Source: an uncultured delta proteobacterium
GTDB lineage: Bacteria > Desulfobacterota > Binatia > Binatales > Binataceae
Length of the DNA stretch: 64,000 nt
Direction of reading: 5' to 3'
Assembly: GCA_963811865.1 (NCBI GenBank)
Contig: CAWESZ010000001.1
Location: 66,335 to 130,334, forward strand
The translations under genes and the position numbers were made by a program. Position 1 is the stretch's first letter. Each line of letters begins with the position of its first letter. This document shows positions 50,035-57,797 of this stretch, piece by piece. The notes beneath the pieces were generated by a model that worked only from the letters and a program-made list of their open reading frames with translations, searched no databases and was not told the DNA's origin.

Positions 50035-51279
50035 TCAAGCCGCAAAAACTTGAGCCGCCTCGGCATTCCATCCCTCGCGCCACGAGAGCCGGGGTTGGCT
50101 CTGGACCTGGGCGCGCAGCCGATCGAGCAGCGGCGTATGATCGGGAAATCCCTCGAACAATTCGTAGAGCTGGGCTGCGAGCTGTTCGGCGTCGGCGAAC
50201 AGGAGGCCATTGCTGCCGTGGCGCACCTGCTCGGCGAGGCACGGGCCGTAGTCCAGCGCGCATACCGGCACTCCGGCTCCGAACAGGTCCGCGATCTTCA
50301 TCGGCAGATCGACTCCCGAGGCCGACCGATGACACGAAACGCCGAGGTCGGCCGAGCCCAGCAGTCGGGCGTAATCTTCAGCGACGAGCCACAGCGTGCG
50401 CACCTGAATTCGATGCAGAGTCAACTTGCGGATTTCCGGTTCATAGTGATCGCGCAGCGGGCCGCGGCCGGTGATGAGAATCAGCAATTCGCCGAAGCCG
50501 CCGGCGGATCGCTGCCGGGCGATTTCGTCGCAGCGCGCTGCTGCCTGGATCAGAATGGAAATGTCCTCGTCCGAGGTCCAGCTCGTTGGGCATACGATGA
50601 TCGCGGGCCGCCGGCCATCGTCCGGCCACGGCGCGACGCCGTCCAGGATGCGGCGCAGCAGCGCGGACCGCTCCGGTGGCGGCGTCGGCACGAACATCGC
50701 GGCCGGACGGTCATACAATACGGCGGCGCCGGGAATCTGCCAATTCGCGCTAAGCTCGGAGTGCATCGCGCGCGAGACGCACAGATGCGCATCGGCGCGG
50801 CGCCCGAAGAACCGCTCGTGCGATCGCAGCAGCCGCACCGCCCAGTGCTCCCGTCCCAGCCTGAGCGCCAACATCGCATGGCTGAAGTTATGCCAGTCGA
50901 TTACGAGCCGCGCCGATCGCAGGCGCGCGGCGATCAATGCGATCACCAGGGTTGGGACGGCGGGCGGATTCTGCACCAGGACTACGTCGGGCTTGCCGGT
51001 GATCAGCAGAAGTTTCCACAGCAGCTTCAGGCTCTGCCCGCACAGCCGCACGAATTGCCAGGCCACGAACACGAACCCGGGCAGACGGCGCGCAGCCGCA
51101 ATCGGGGCGCGCATGAGATGCAGCGTGATCCGCGGATGATCGCTGACCACCCGAAACGGCGCCGCCCCTGCGTACGCTATAACCTCCACATCTCGGCCCG
51201 AATCGGCCAATGCCAGCGCGTGATACTGCATGCGGGGACTCCGGCCGAAAGCCCCAAGGACAACAATCGCTACTCGCAT
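50035..51279 (-). CDS. alg1: ALG1-like chitobiosyl-PP-lipid beta-1,4-mannosyltransferase (GT33)
   Basis: VVLG..GRSPRMQYHAL, VQNPP, IDWHN, LYDRP, TSWT.DED, ITGRGPLR, WL.AEDY..LLGSADLGV..H.S.SGVDLPMK, are the diagnostic ALG1 motifs as recalled. Confidence 0.9.
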   Translation of the reverse strand: MRVAIVVLGAFGRSPRMQYHALALADSGRDVEVIAYAGAAPFRVVSDHPRITLHLMRAPIAAARRLPGFVFVAWQFVRLCGQSLKLLWKLLLITGKPDVVLVQNPPAVPTLVIALIAARLRSARLVIDWHNFSHAMLALRLGREHWAVRLLRSHERFFGRRADAHLCVSRAMHSELSANWQIPGAAVLYDRPAAMFVPTPPPERSALLRRILDGVAPWPDDGRRPAIIVCPTSWTSDEDISILIQAAARCDEIARQRSAGGFGELLILITGRGPLRDHYEPEIRKLTLHRIQVRTLWLVAEDYARLLGSADLGVSCHRSASGVDLPMKIADLFGAGVPVCALDYGPCLAEQVRHGSNGLLFADAEQLAAQLYELFEGFPDHTPLLDRLRAQVQSQPRLSWREGWNAEAAQVFAA

Positions 51280-51519
51280 GTGGATCGGGCGGCGACTTGA
51301 GGCGCGCAAAGCTCACGGCCGTTTCGCTGCCTTCCCGTTGATAAGGTTCGCGGCCGATCGTGTCAACCGCCCTCGAATCGCGCGCGCCCTTGCGGTAGAT
51401 CCATCCTTTGGGGTACCAGAGTCTTCGAAACTTCCCTTACAATGGCGCTGTTTAGCCTATTCGATTCGGATTGTGCACGGCGAGGCGGAGAGATCTTGGA
51501 GATGGGGATCCGGCGATGA

Positions 51520-52812
51520 GTGCGCGCGAACCCTATGGTGGCGCGGTCTTCCTTCGTGAGTAAGGTTTCCATTCAGGATCCTCGCGCCTTGACTGCCCGG
51601 CAGTCCGCGGCGGCGCAGATTGCAGAAACCTCGCCGCATCGCGACGGCGTGTTCCATGCGTCCAACGGCGCCGGCCGCAACCAGGCTTCGTCTGGCGTCG
51701 CCCACCCCCGGCGGATCGCAATCGCGGTCGGTGGCACCGCCGGCCACACCTACCCGGGACTTGCGCTTGCCGAGAACTACGTCGCGGCGAGCAATCGCGT
51801 GCAGATCCTGATCTTCGGACGTGAGGACAGTCTCGAGTCGCACGCCGCCAGCCGCGGCGGCTACCGGTTCGCGGCGATCGCGGCCTCGCCGATGCTGCGT
51901 GAGCGAATCTCGGGAAAGGCGCGTGCGCTGGCGAATCTCACCGCCGGCTTCGTTCGCGCCCGGGCGATCCTCAAGGCTGAGCAGATCGACCTTGCGATCG
52001 GCTTCGGCGGTTACGCTTGTGCGGGAACCCTGCTGGCAGCGCGCTCGCTCGGCCTGCGCACGGTCATCCACGAGTCCAATCCGGCTCCGGGTCTCACCAA
52101 CCGGATCCTCGGCCGGCTGGCCGACCGGATCTGCGTCGCATTTGAGGAAGCCGGCAAGATGTTTCCCCCAGCGCGCACGGCGGTGACCGGCACTCCCACT
52201 CGCGAAGAGATCACAAGACTGGCCCGCGAGCCGCGCGGCGCTCCGGGCCCCGATCGTTCTGCGCGAATTCTGGTCACCGGCGGCTCGCTGGGCTCGGCGT
52301 TTCTCAACGATCACGCGCCGCGCCTGCTTGGGCTCGTTCGGCAGAGCGTCCCGGGGCTGGAGGTGCTGCATCAGACCGGGCATCAGACCGGCCACGACCA
52401 GGCGGACCGGGTACTCGCCGAGTACGCTGGCCGGGGCGTGACGGCGCGCACCGCGCAATATCTTGAGGACATGGCCGAAGCCTACCGATGGGCCGATTTC
52501 GTGATCTCGTGCGCGGGAGCGACCACGCTTGCCGAGCTTGCGTTCACGGGCCTGCCCGCGCTGGTGGTTCCGCTGCGTTCGGCCGCCCGCAATCATCAGT
52601 TTGATGCCGCCCGCGCCTTTTCCGCCCGGACCGGAGCCCGCTGGTCGGCTGAAGAGGCTTGGAACCCGGAAGATCTCGCCGCGGACATCGCGTCGGTGCT
52701 GCGCGATGGCGAGGTCTGGATGGCCGCATCGAATCGCATTCGGAGTTTCGCTACTCCGGGCGCCGCTATGGCCGTGATCGCCCGCTGCGAGGCGTTGCTG
52801 AACGGCGCCTGA
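51520..52812 (+). CDS. murG: MurG-like GT28 UDP-GlcNAc:lipid-PP-sugar transferase, outside a dcw cluster
   Basis: GGTAGH.YP, GFGGY, HESN..PGLTNR, TGGSLG, ADFVISCAGATTLAEL, HQ. True start probably downstream of 51520. Confidence 0.85.
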   Translation: MRANPMVARSSFVSKVSIQDPRALTARQSAAAQIAETSPHRDGVFHASNGAGRNQASSGVAHPRRIAIAVGGTAGHTYPGLALAENYVAASNRVQILIFGREDSLESHAASRGGYRFAAIAASPMLRERISGKARALANLTAGFVRARAILKAEQIDLAIGFGGYACAGTLLAARSLGLRTVIHESNPAPGLTNRILGRLADRICVAFEEAGKMFPPARTAVTGTPTREEITRLAREPRGAPGPDRSARILVTGGSLGSAFLNDHAPRLLGLVRQSVPGLEVLHQTGHQTGHDQADRVLAEYAGRGVTARTAQYLEDMAEAYRWADFVISCAGATTLAELAFTGLPALVVPLRSAARNHQFDAARAFSARTGARWSAEEAWNPEDLAADIASVLRDGEVWMAASNRIRSFATPGAAMAVIARCEALLNGA

Positions 52813-52851
52813 CGGCTATGCCGGCGCGCCCTTATCTTGCGCGCGTCTGGT

Positions 52852-55809
52852 TCACGTGCCGGGTGAGGGCGCGGCGGGTTTCGGGTTCGTGCCTCCGCTG
52901 CTCGATCTCCCCAGGTCCGGCCAGTTGATCTTCCACGTGGTCACGGTTTCGCCGTTGATCACGGTGGCCTCGTAGACCTTGGTGAAGAGCGTGCTGTAGA
53001 CCCCGTCGAGCAGCGCCAGCCGCGTGAAGGCGGAGCGGATCAGATTCGATGGGCCGACCAGGGCCTTCGATTGCGCCGGGTCCACCATCACGGCCAAGTC
53101 CTGGTCAGTCGGAGAATCCACCGGATGCTCGGCGATCTCCTTGTCGCCTGCGATCAGCACCGTCGCAGGTGTTCCTTCGCGCTCCTGAACCTTGCCGTCT
53201 TCGGACAGAAAACGAATTTTCAGCGTGGTCCCGGTGTCGCGATAGACGAGGCCGGTCACCGTCGCGCTCTGAGATAGTGGCAGGTTGGCAGTGCAATCCA
53301 GCTCGCCGCTGGTGAGACTGTCGCACGGAATCCATCCGCCACGGAGGGTCTCTGCCGGCGCGATGAAGCGTTGTGCGTCTTCCTGCGAGTGCAGGCCGCG
53401 CACCTGTTGAAAGAGCGCGCGCGCGTCCGCCGGCGGCATCCCGAAGCGAGCGGCCAGATCATCAACCGCGGCGGCTTCCGGTATCGAGCGGTCGTTCTGA
53501 TAAGCATAAGCGCGGCGGAAATCCCAGTCGCCGAGCTCAGCCCACTTCGAGTGCTCCATTTTGGTCGAAAGAATCAGGTACGCGGGCGGCGCGTCGCAAT
53601 GGCTCGAAGCCAGCACGCTGGTCTGCGCTGCCTCGCTCAGCCCAGCGAGCGCCAGGCGCTCCCTGGCGGCGGCCAAGTCCAGGCCCGCGATCTCCTGCAC
53701 CATCGATTGAGCCGCTACCGGATCGAGACCCTGCGCGATCAATTTGCCGTAGGCTCCCATTTTGCCCTCAGGCTCGGGCGTCGCGTCCGATCCGCAATCG
53801 AGCATCCGCAGCACGCCCACCGCCTGGTTGTCATTCGGCGCCAGCAGCGCGCGCGACAGCCAGTACGGTATGTGCGTCGACAGCGAGCCGCCGTCCGCCG
53901 CGACGCGCCGCTCCGCCGCGTACTTGATCCAGTATCCATAATCCCACCACGCGTTGATGATCGCGTTGGGCGGGCTCTGCTCGCGCAAGTCCTGCAGCGT
54001 CGTCCACCAGGCCTGGTTGATGACGGGCATGTAGTTGCGCGCCTCCAGATAGCCGGCTTCGGCGGGCACAATTATCCACGCGGCCAGCACCACGAAGACC
54101 GCGGCGCTCACCGGCGCGGCGTAGCGGGTTTGGCGCTCACGAATGAGCCGGTCGATCCATCGATGCGTGCGGCCGGGGATCGCGCCGAATGCGATCGCAA
54201 AAGGCGCGGCGAGCAGCATCAGGAAACGCTCGGCCGAAAAGCCCACGTACAGCGCGGCGCAAAACCAGGCGGTCACAATCAACGCCGCGCTCCGATCCTC
54301 TTCCCGCGGATCGGCATTCGGCATCAGATCGATCAGGATGGCCACCGCGATGGGCGCACCGATCAGCGCCGGAAGTTGCCAATTGTTCGTGAACGAGGCG
54401 GTCAGGCCATGCCGATAAAGACCCGCCGCGCCGATCAGCAGGGCGAACTCCCACCACCTCCAGCGCCGGTTCGGGAGCGCCAACAGCAGCAGACCCAGAC
54501 CGCCCGCGAGCAACACCCACTCGCCGCCCATCCAGCGGGCTGGGTCGCTGCTCTTGAGCTCGGCGACGATCGACAAACTGCCCGGCCACACCCTTTCGCG
54601 GGGCGGACTCGCAGGCGTGCCCACAACCACGTTCGGCCTGGCCGGGTGAATGTGCAGCGCCGCAGAAATCGGTCCCGCAATACTTCGGGCGGTCGCGAAG
54701 TACGAGGCACCGGCCAGCGAGGTCGTAATCCACGCCGAAAAGTAGAAGACGGCGACCACCACCGCCGCGCGCCGGACTCCGGCTCGCGATGAAGTCTCCG
54801 CGCGTGCCTTGCGCAGCGCCAGCTTGATCGACTCGAAGAGCAGGTTCGCGAGCAGCGCGATCATCAGGACGCCATAGGTGAACGGCCATCCACTCCATGA
54901 GGCGGCGTGCAGGCCGGCGAACACCGCGCCCAGCATCGCGTAGGCGATCGATCGCCGCGACGACCGCGCAGCCGACGCCTCGATCAACGCCCAGACCATG
55001 AACAGCGGGAGGACGACATTCCAGACGTTGTCGTCGCTCCCCAGGCTCCGCATCAGGAAGAGCGGGTTGAGCCCCACCACGATCGCGGCGCAGAGACCGC
55101 CCAAATTGCCCGCGACCCGGCGCCCGATCGCGAAGGCGGGAAGCACCCCGAGCATCCCGATCAACACCGGCACCAGGAAGGAGCCGGCGGGAATCGGAAA
55201 CCCGGGTCTGAACAGAGCGATCAGGCGGTTGAGCGCGATAATCGCGGCGATATGCAGTGACCGGTGATAAACGTTGGTCCGGCCGACCTGCGCGTTGGTG
55301 TAGGTGTCGCGGCAGACGCCGTCCACGACGCGATCGCAGGTCGTTCCGGTGTGCAGATAGTTGCGGGCCATTCGCAGCCAGTGATAGCTGTCGTAGTCGC
55401 CCAGGAAGACATACTCGCGGCCGTCATCGCCGGTATAGCGGAATTCCGACGCGAGCCGGTCGACCATCTCGCGGTCCCACTTCTGGTATTCGTCGGGATG
55501 CTCCTTAATCCACTCGCTCACCGTTTGATCGATCGTGGCGCGCCGCTGCGGAATGTCAGCCGGCACTTGCGCGTTGACTTCGGCGGTGATCCTTTCATGC
55601 AGCCGGACCGCGGCCCGGCTCTCGGCGCCGCCCAGAGCGAGGGGCAACAGCCGCACCCATCCGACCAGCGCCATCGCGCCGATTAGCAAGCCGATGCGAA
55701 TGATACGATCGGGCGTGCCGGTTTCGCGAAGCCGTTGGTGCGCAGCGGCAAACCGGGATGGAGAGCGGCCAGCGGTGGGAGGATTCTCAGCGGCGGGATT
55801 TCCACTCAT
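52852..55809 (-). CDS. stt3: STT3/AglB/PglB oligosaccharyltransferase
   Basis: GDYDSYHWLR, many TMs, RSLGSDDN, IVAEL, ERF, WWDYGYW, ADGG. Confidence 0.9.
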   Translation of the reverse strand: MSGNPAAENPPTAGRSPSRFAAAHQRLRETGTPDRIIRIGLLIGAMALVGWVRLLPLALGGAESRAAVRLHERITAEVNAQVPADIPQRRATIDQTVSEWIKEHPDEYQKWDREMVDRLASEFRYTGDDGREYVFLGDYDSYHWLRMARNYLHTGTTCDRVVDGVCRDTYTNAQVGRTNVYHRSLHIAAIIALNRLIALFRPGFPIPAGSFLVPVLIGMLGVLPAFAIGRRVAGNLGGLCAAIVVGLNPLFLMRSLGSDDNVWNVVLPLFMVWALIEASAARSSRRSIAYAMLGAVFAGLHAASWSGWPFTYGVLMIALLANLLFESIKLALRKARAETSSRAGVRRAAVVVAVFYFSAWITTSLAGASYFATARSIAGPISAALHIHPARPNVVVGTPASPPRERVWPGSLSIVAELKSSDPARWMGGEWVLLAGGLGLLLLALPNRRWRWWEFALLIGAAGLYRHGLTASFTNNWQLPALIGAPIAVAILIDLMPNADPREEDRSAALIVTAWFCAALYVGFSAERFLMLLAAPFAIAFGAIPGRTHRWIDRLIRERQTRYAAPVSAAVFVVLAAWIIVPAEAGYLEARNYMPVINQAWWTTLQDLREQSPPNAIINAWWDYGYWIKYAAERRVAADGGSLSTHIPYWLSRALLAPNDNQAVGVLRMLDCGSDATPEPEGKMGAYGKLIAQGLDPVAAQSMVQEIAGLDLAAARERLALAGLSEAAQTSVLASSHCDAPPAYLILSTKMEHSKWAELGDWDFRRAYAYQNDRSIPEAAAVDDLAARFGMPPADARALFQQVRGLHSQEDAQRFIAPAETLRGGWIPCDSLTSGELDCTANLPLSQSATVTGLVYRDTGTTLKIRFLSEDGKVQEREGTPATVLIAGDKEIAEHPVDSPTDQDLAVMVDPAQSKALVGPSNLIRSAFTRLALLDGVYSTLFTKVYEATVINGETVTTWKINWPDLGRSSSGGTNPKPAAPSPGT

Positions 55810-55910
55810 CCGGGCAGACGGCCTCGCGTACCACTATGATCGAGCGGGCCCGGCTTGTCATCGGGGTTGCGAATCGGCGGAGTCCGCCGCACGCACTGAT
55901 TTAGTGGTCG

Positions 55911-56525
55911 TCAGCCGAGCGCGCGCGCGATCAGCCGGTACATCGATTGTGCCAGGCGAGTCGCATCGCCTTCATCGCTGGCCAGCGTCACGCGCCCGAG
56001 CTGGAAAGCCAGCGCCACGACCAGATGGGCGAGCGTCTGCGGCTCCGCAATCGGCGCTGCGCCGGCGCGCGCTTCGCCGAGCGCCGCCGCGACCGACTGG
56101 GTCAGATTGAGGTAGCCCTGAGCTTCAATCGGCGGTCCGTCTTCAAGCAGCAGCCGCGTCCGCCGGGGCGATTCGGCCCAGAATTCCGCCGCGCCGCGGA
56201 TCATCGCGGTGACCATCTCGGCGGCGGACAGCGCGGGCTTCAGCCGCCGCCGCCAGCGGCTCAGGATTTCCTCCACCGCGCGCCGGCCGATCGCCTTGAA
56301 GATCGTGCGCTTGTCCTCGAAATGCAGATAAAAGGTGCCGGTGCCAACGTCAGCCGCCGCCGCGATCTCGGCGGTGCTGACCGCGTCGTAGCCGCGCGCC
56401 ATGAACAACTCCAGTGCGGCGTCGAGCAGGCGCGCGCAAGTCTCCTGCTTACGGCGCTCGGTGCGCGTCAGATCGCCCGGCGCGGGCGCGGCCTCGTCAA
56501 ACGCGATGCGAGTCGCGGGCCGCAT
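55911..56525 (-). CDS. TetR/AcrR family regulator
   Basis: RLLDAALELFMARGYDAVSTAEIAAAADVGTGTFYLHFEDK; start overlaps the upstream stop (TGATG). Confidence 0.92.
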   Translation of the reverse strand: MRPATRIAFDEAAPAPGDLTRTERRKQETCARLLDAALELFMARGYDAVSTAEIAAAADVGTGTFYLHFEDKRTIFKAIGRRAVEEILSRWRRRLKPALSAAEMVTAMIRGAAEFWAESPRRTRLLLEDGPPIEAQGYLNLTQSVAAALGEARAGAAPIAEPQTLAHLVVALAFQLGRVTLASDEGDATRLAQSMYRLIARALG

Positions 56526-57628
56526 CAGGAAATCTTGTGGACCACCTTGCGTTTGCCGGCGTTGATTTCCTTGAGGTAGCGGATGCCTTCTTCCGCGACG
56601 TCCTCGCCGATCAGCCGATCGCTCTCGACGGCGAGCTCTTCCATATCGACCCACGCCGCGTAAACCGGTTTGGTGCGCTCGCTGATGATGTCGGACTTGA
56701 GCAGGGTCTTGATCAGCACGCGGAAGATATTGGTGCCTTCTCTCATCGCCTTGCGACGATCGGCGTCGGTGAAGGCCTCCATCATCGCGCTGCGAACCCA
56801 TTGCCAGTCCAGTCCGAACTGCGGATAGATGTCGCGCTTCTGCTCGGAGTTGACCAGATTGAGCACCAGGATACTGAAGCATTCCGCAGCCCAGTCTTCG
56901 ACCGCGTGATGTTCGCTCTCGGGCAGCGTGGGGACCGTGGCATGTGCCCACAGCTTGCCGAATTTGTGATGGAACGCCTCGTCGGTCATGACCAGTTGGC
57001 AGGTCCGGCGCAGCAGCGGGTCGTTGGCCTTGGCGTGCAGGCCCGTGAACGCGCCCATCGCCAGCCCCTCGACCAGCATCTGCATCCCGACGATCTTCTC
57101 GTAGACGATGTCGCTCTCGACGACGCTGCCGAGCAGCTTGCCGAGCGTATCACCCACCTTGTTCACGCGGCCGCCGAAGCGCGCCGCGATATAGTTGCTG
57201 AAGGCGCGGACGTGGCGGGCCTCCTCGCGCGCCTGGTTGGCGGCATACTCCTGCGCGCCCGGATCGACGAAGATGTCGCAGAGGCTGGAGGAAAGATTCA
57301 GCGCACCCTGCTCGCCGTGCAGGATATTCGAGAGCATCCAGCGCAGATTCTCGTTGGCGAATTTTACCTTCTGGCTCTCGGTGAGCTTGTCGGCGACCGC
57401 GGTGTGCAGCTCGGGGAAGAAATCCAGCGGCATCAACGGCTGGTCTTCCGGCCACGGCGTGCTGAAATCGACGTAGTCGCGATCGTCCGGGTTCCAATAA
57501 TGCTCCTCGGTGCGCGCGATGATCTCGTCGAAGCGATTCGAGCGGCGCATATAGCGCGTGGTTTCGATCATGACCGGAAAGTCGCCGCGTTTTACGGCGT
57601 CGTAGCTGGGGTCGTACGTGGACGTCAT
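56525..57628 (-). CDS. Ferritin-like di-iron protein (AurF/desaturase-like)
   Basis: HGEQGAL, EEARH, VEGLA, DEAFHH di-iron ligands. Confidence 0.85.
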   Translation of the reverse strand: MTSTYDPSYDAVKRGDFPVMIETTRYMRRSNRFDEIIARTEEHYWNPDDRDYVDFSTPWPEDQPLMPLDFFPELHTAVADKLTESQKVKFANENLRWMLSNILHGEQGALNLSSSLCDIFVDPGAQEYAANQAREEARHVRAFSNYIAARFGGRVNKVGDTLGKLLGSVVESDIVYEKIVGMQMLVEGLAMGAFTGLHAKANDPLLRRTCQLVMTDEAFHHKFGKLWAHATVPTLPESEHHAVEDWAAECFSILVLNLVNSEQKRDIYPQFGLDWQWVRSAMMEAFTDADRRKAMREGTNIFRVLIKTLLKSDIISERTKPVYAAWVDMEELAVESDRLIGEDVAEEGIRYLKEINAGKRKVVHKIS

Positions 57629-57681
57629 CGGGATCCTCCCTCAAGCGGCGGCGCACGCCACCGCGTCATAACGGCGCAAGT

Positions 57682-57720
57682 TGACGATTCTTCATTACTG
57701 ACGATTCGTCAGCCAGTCAA
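57682..57720 (-). promoter_or_regulatory. Promoter TTGACT-N17-TAATGA with tandem TetR-type operators
   Basis: Perfect palindrome CTGACGA-T-TCGTCAG (57698-57712) and imperfect copy TGACGA-T-TCTTCA (57682-57694). Confidence 0.75.
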
Positions 57721-57797
57721 GCGGCGGCGGAACGCGCGACGACTGGCGCCGCCTGCCGCGAGCAGTTCGGCCGATCTTCAGATCGTCGATGCGGCGA

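Noticed and set aside
48802-51279. Eukaryotic contaminant sequence
   Set aside because: No introns, host-like GC-rich codons, no eukaryotic membrane anchors, and operonic with a bacterial ABC transporter. Read-level confirmation is still advisable.
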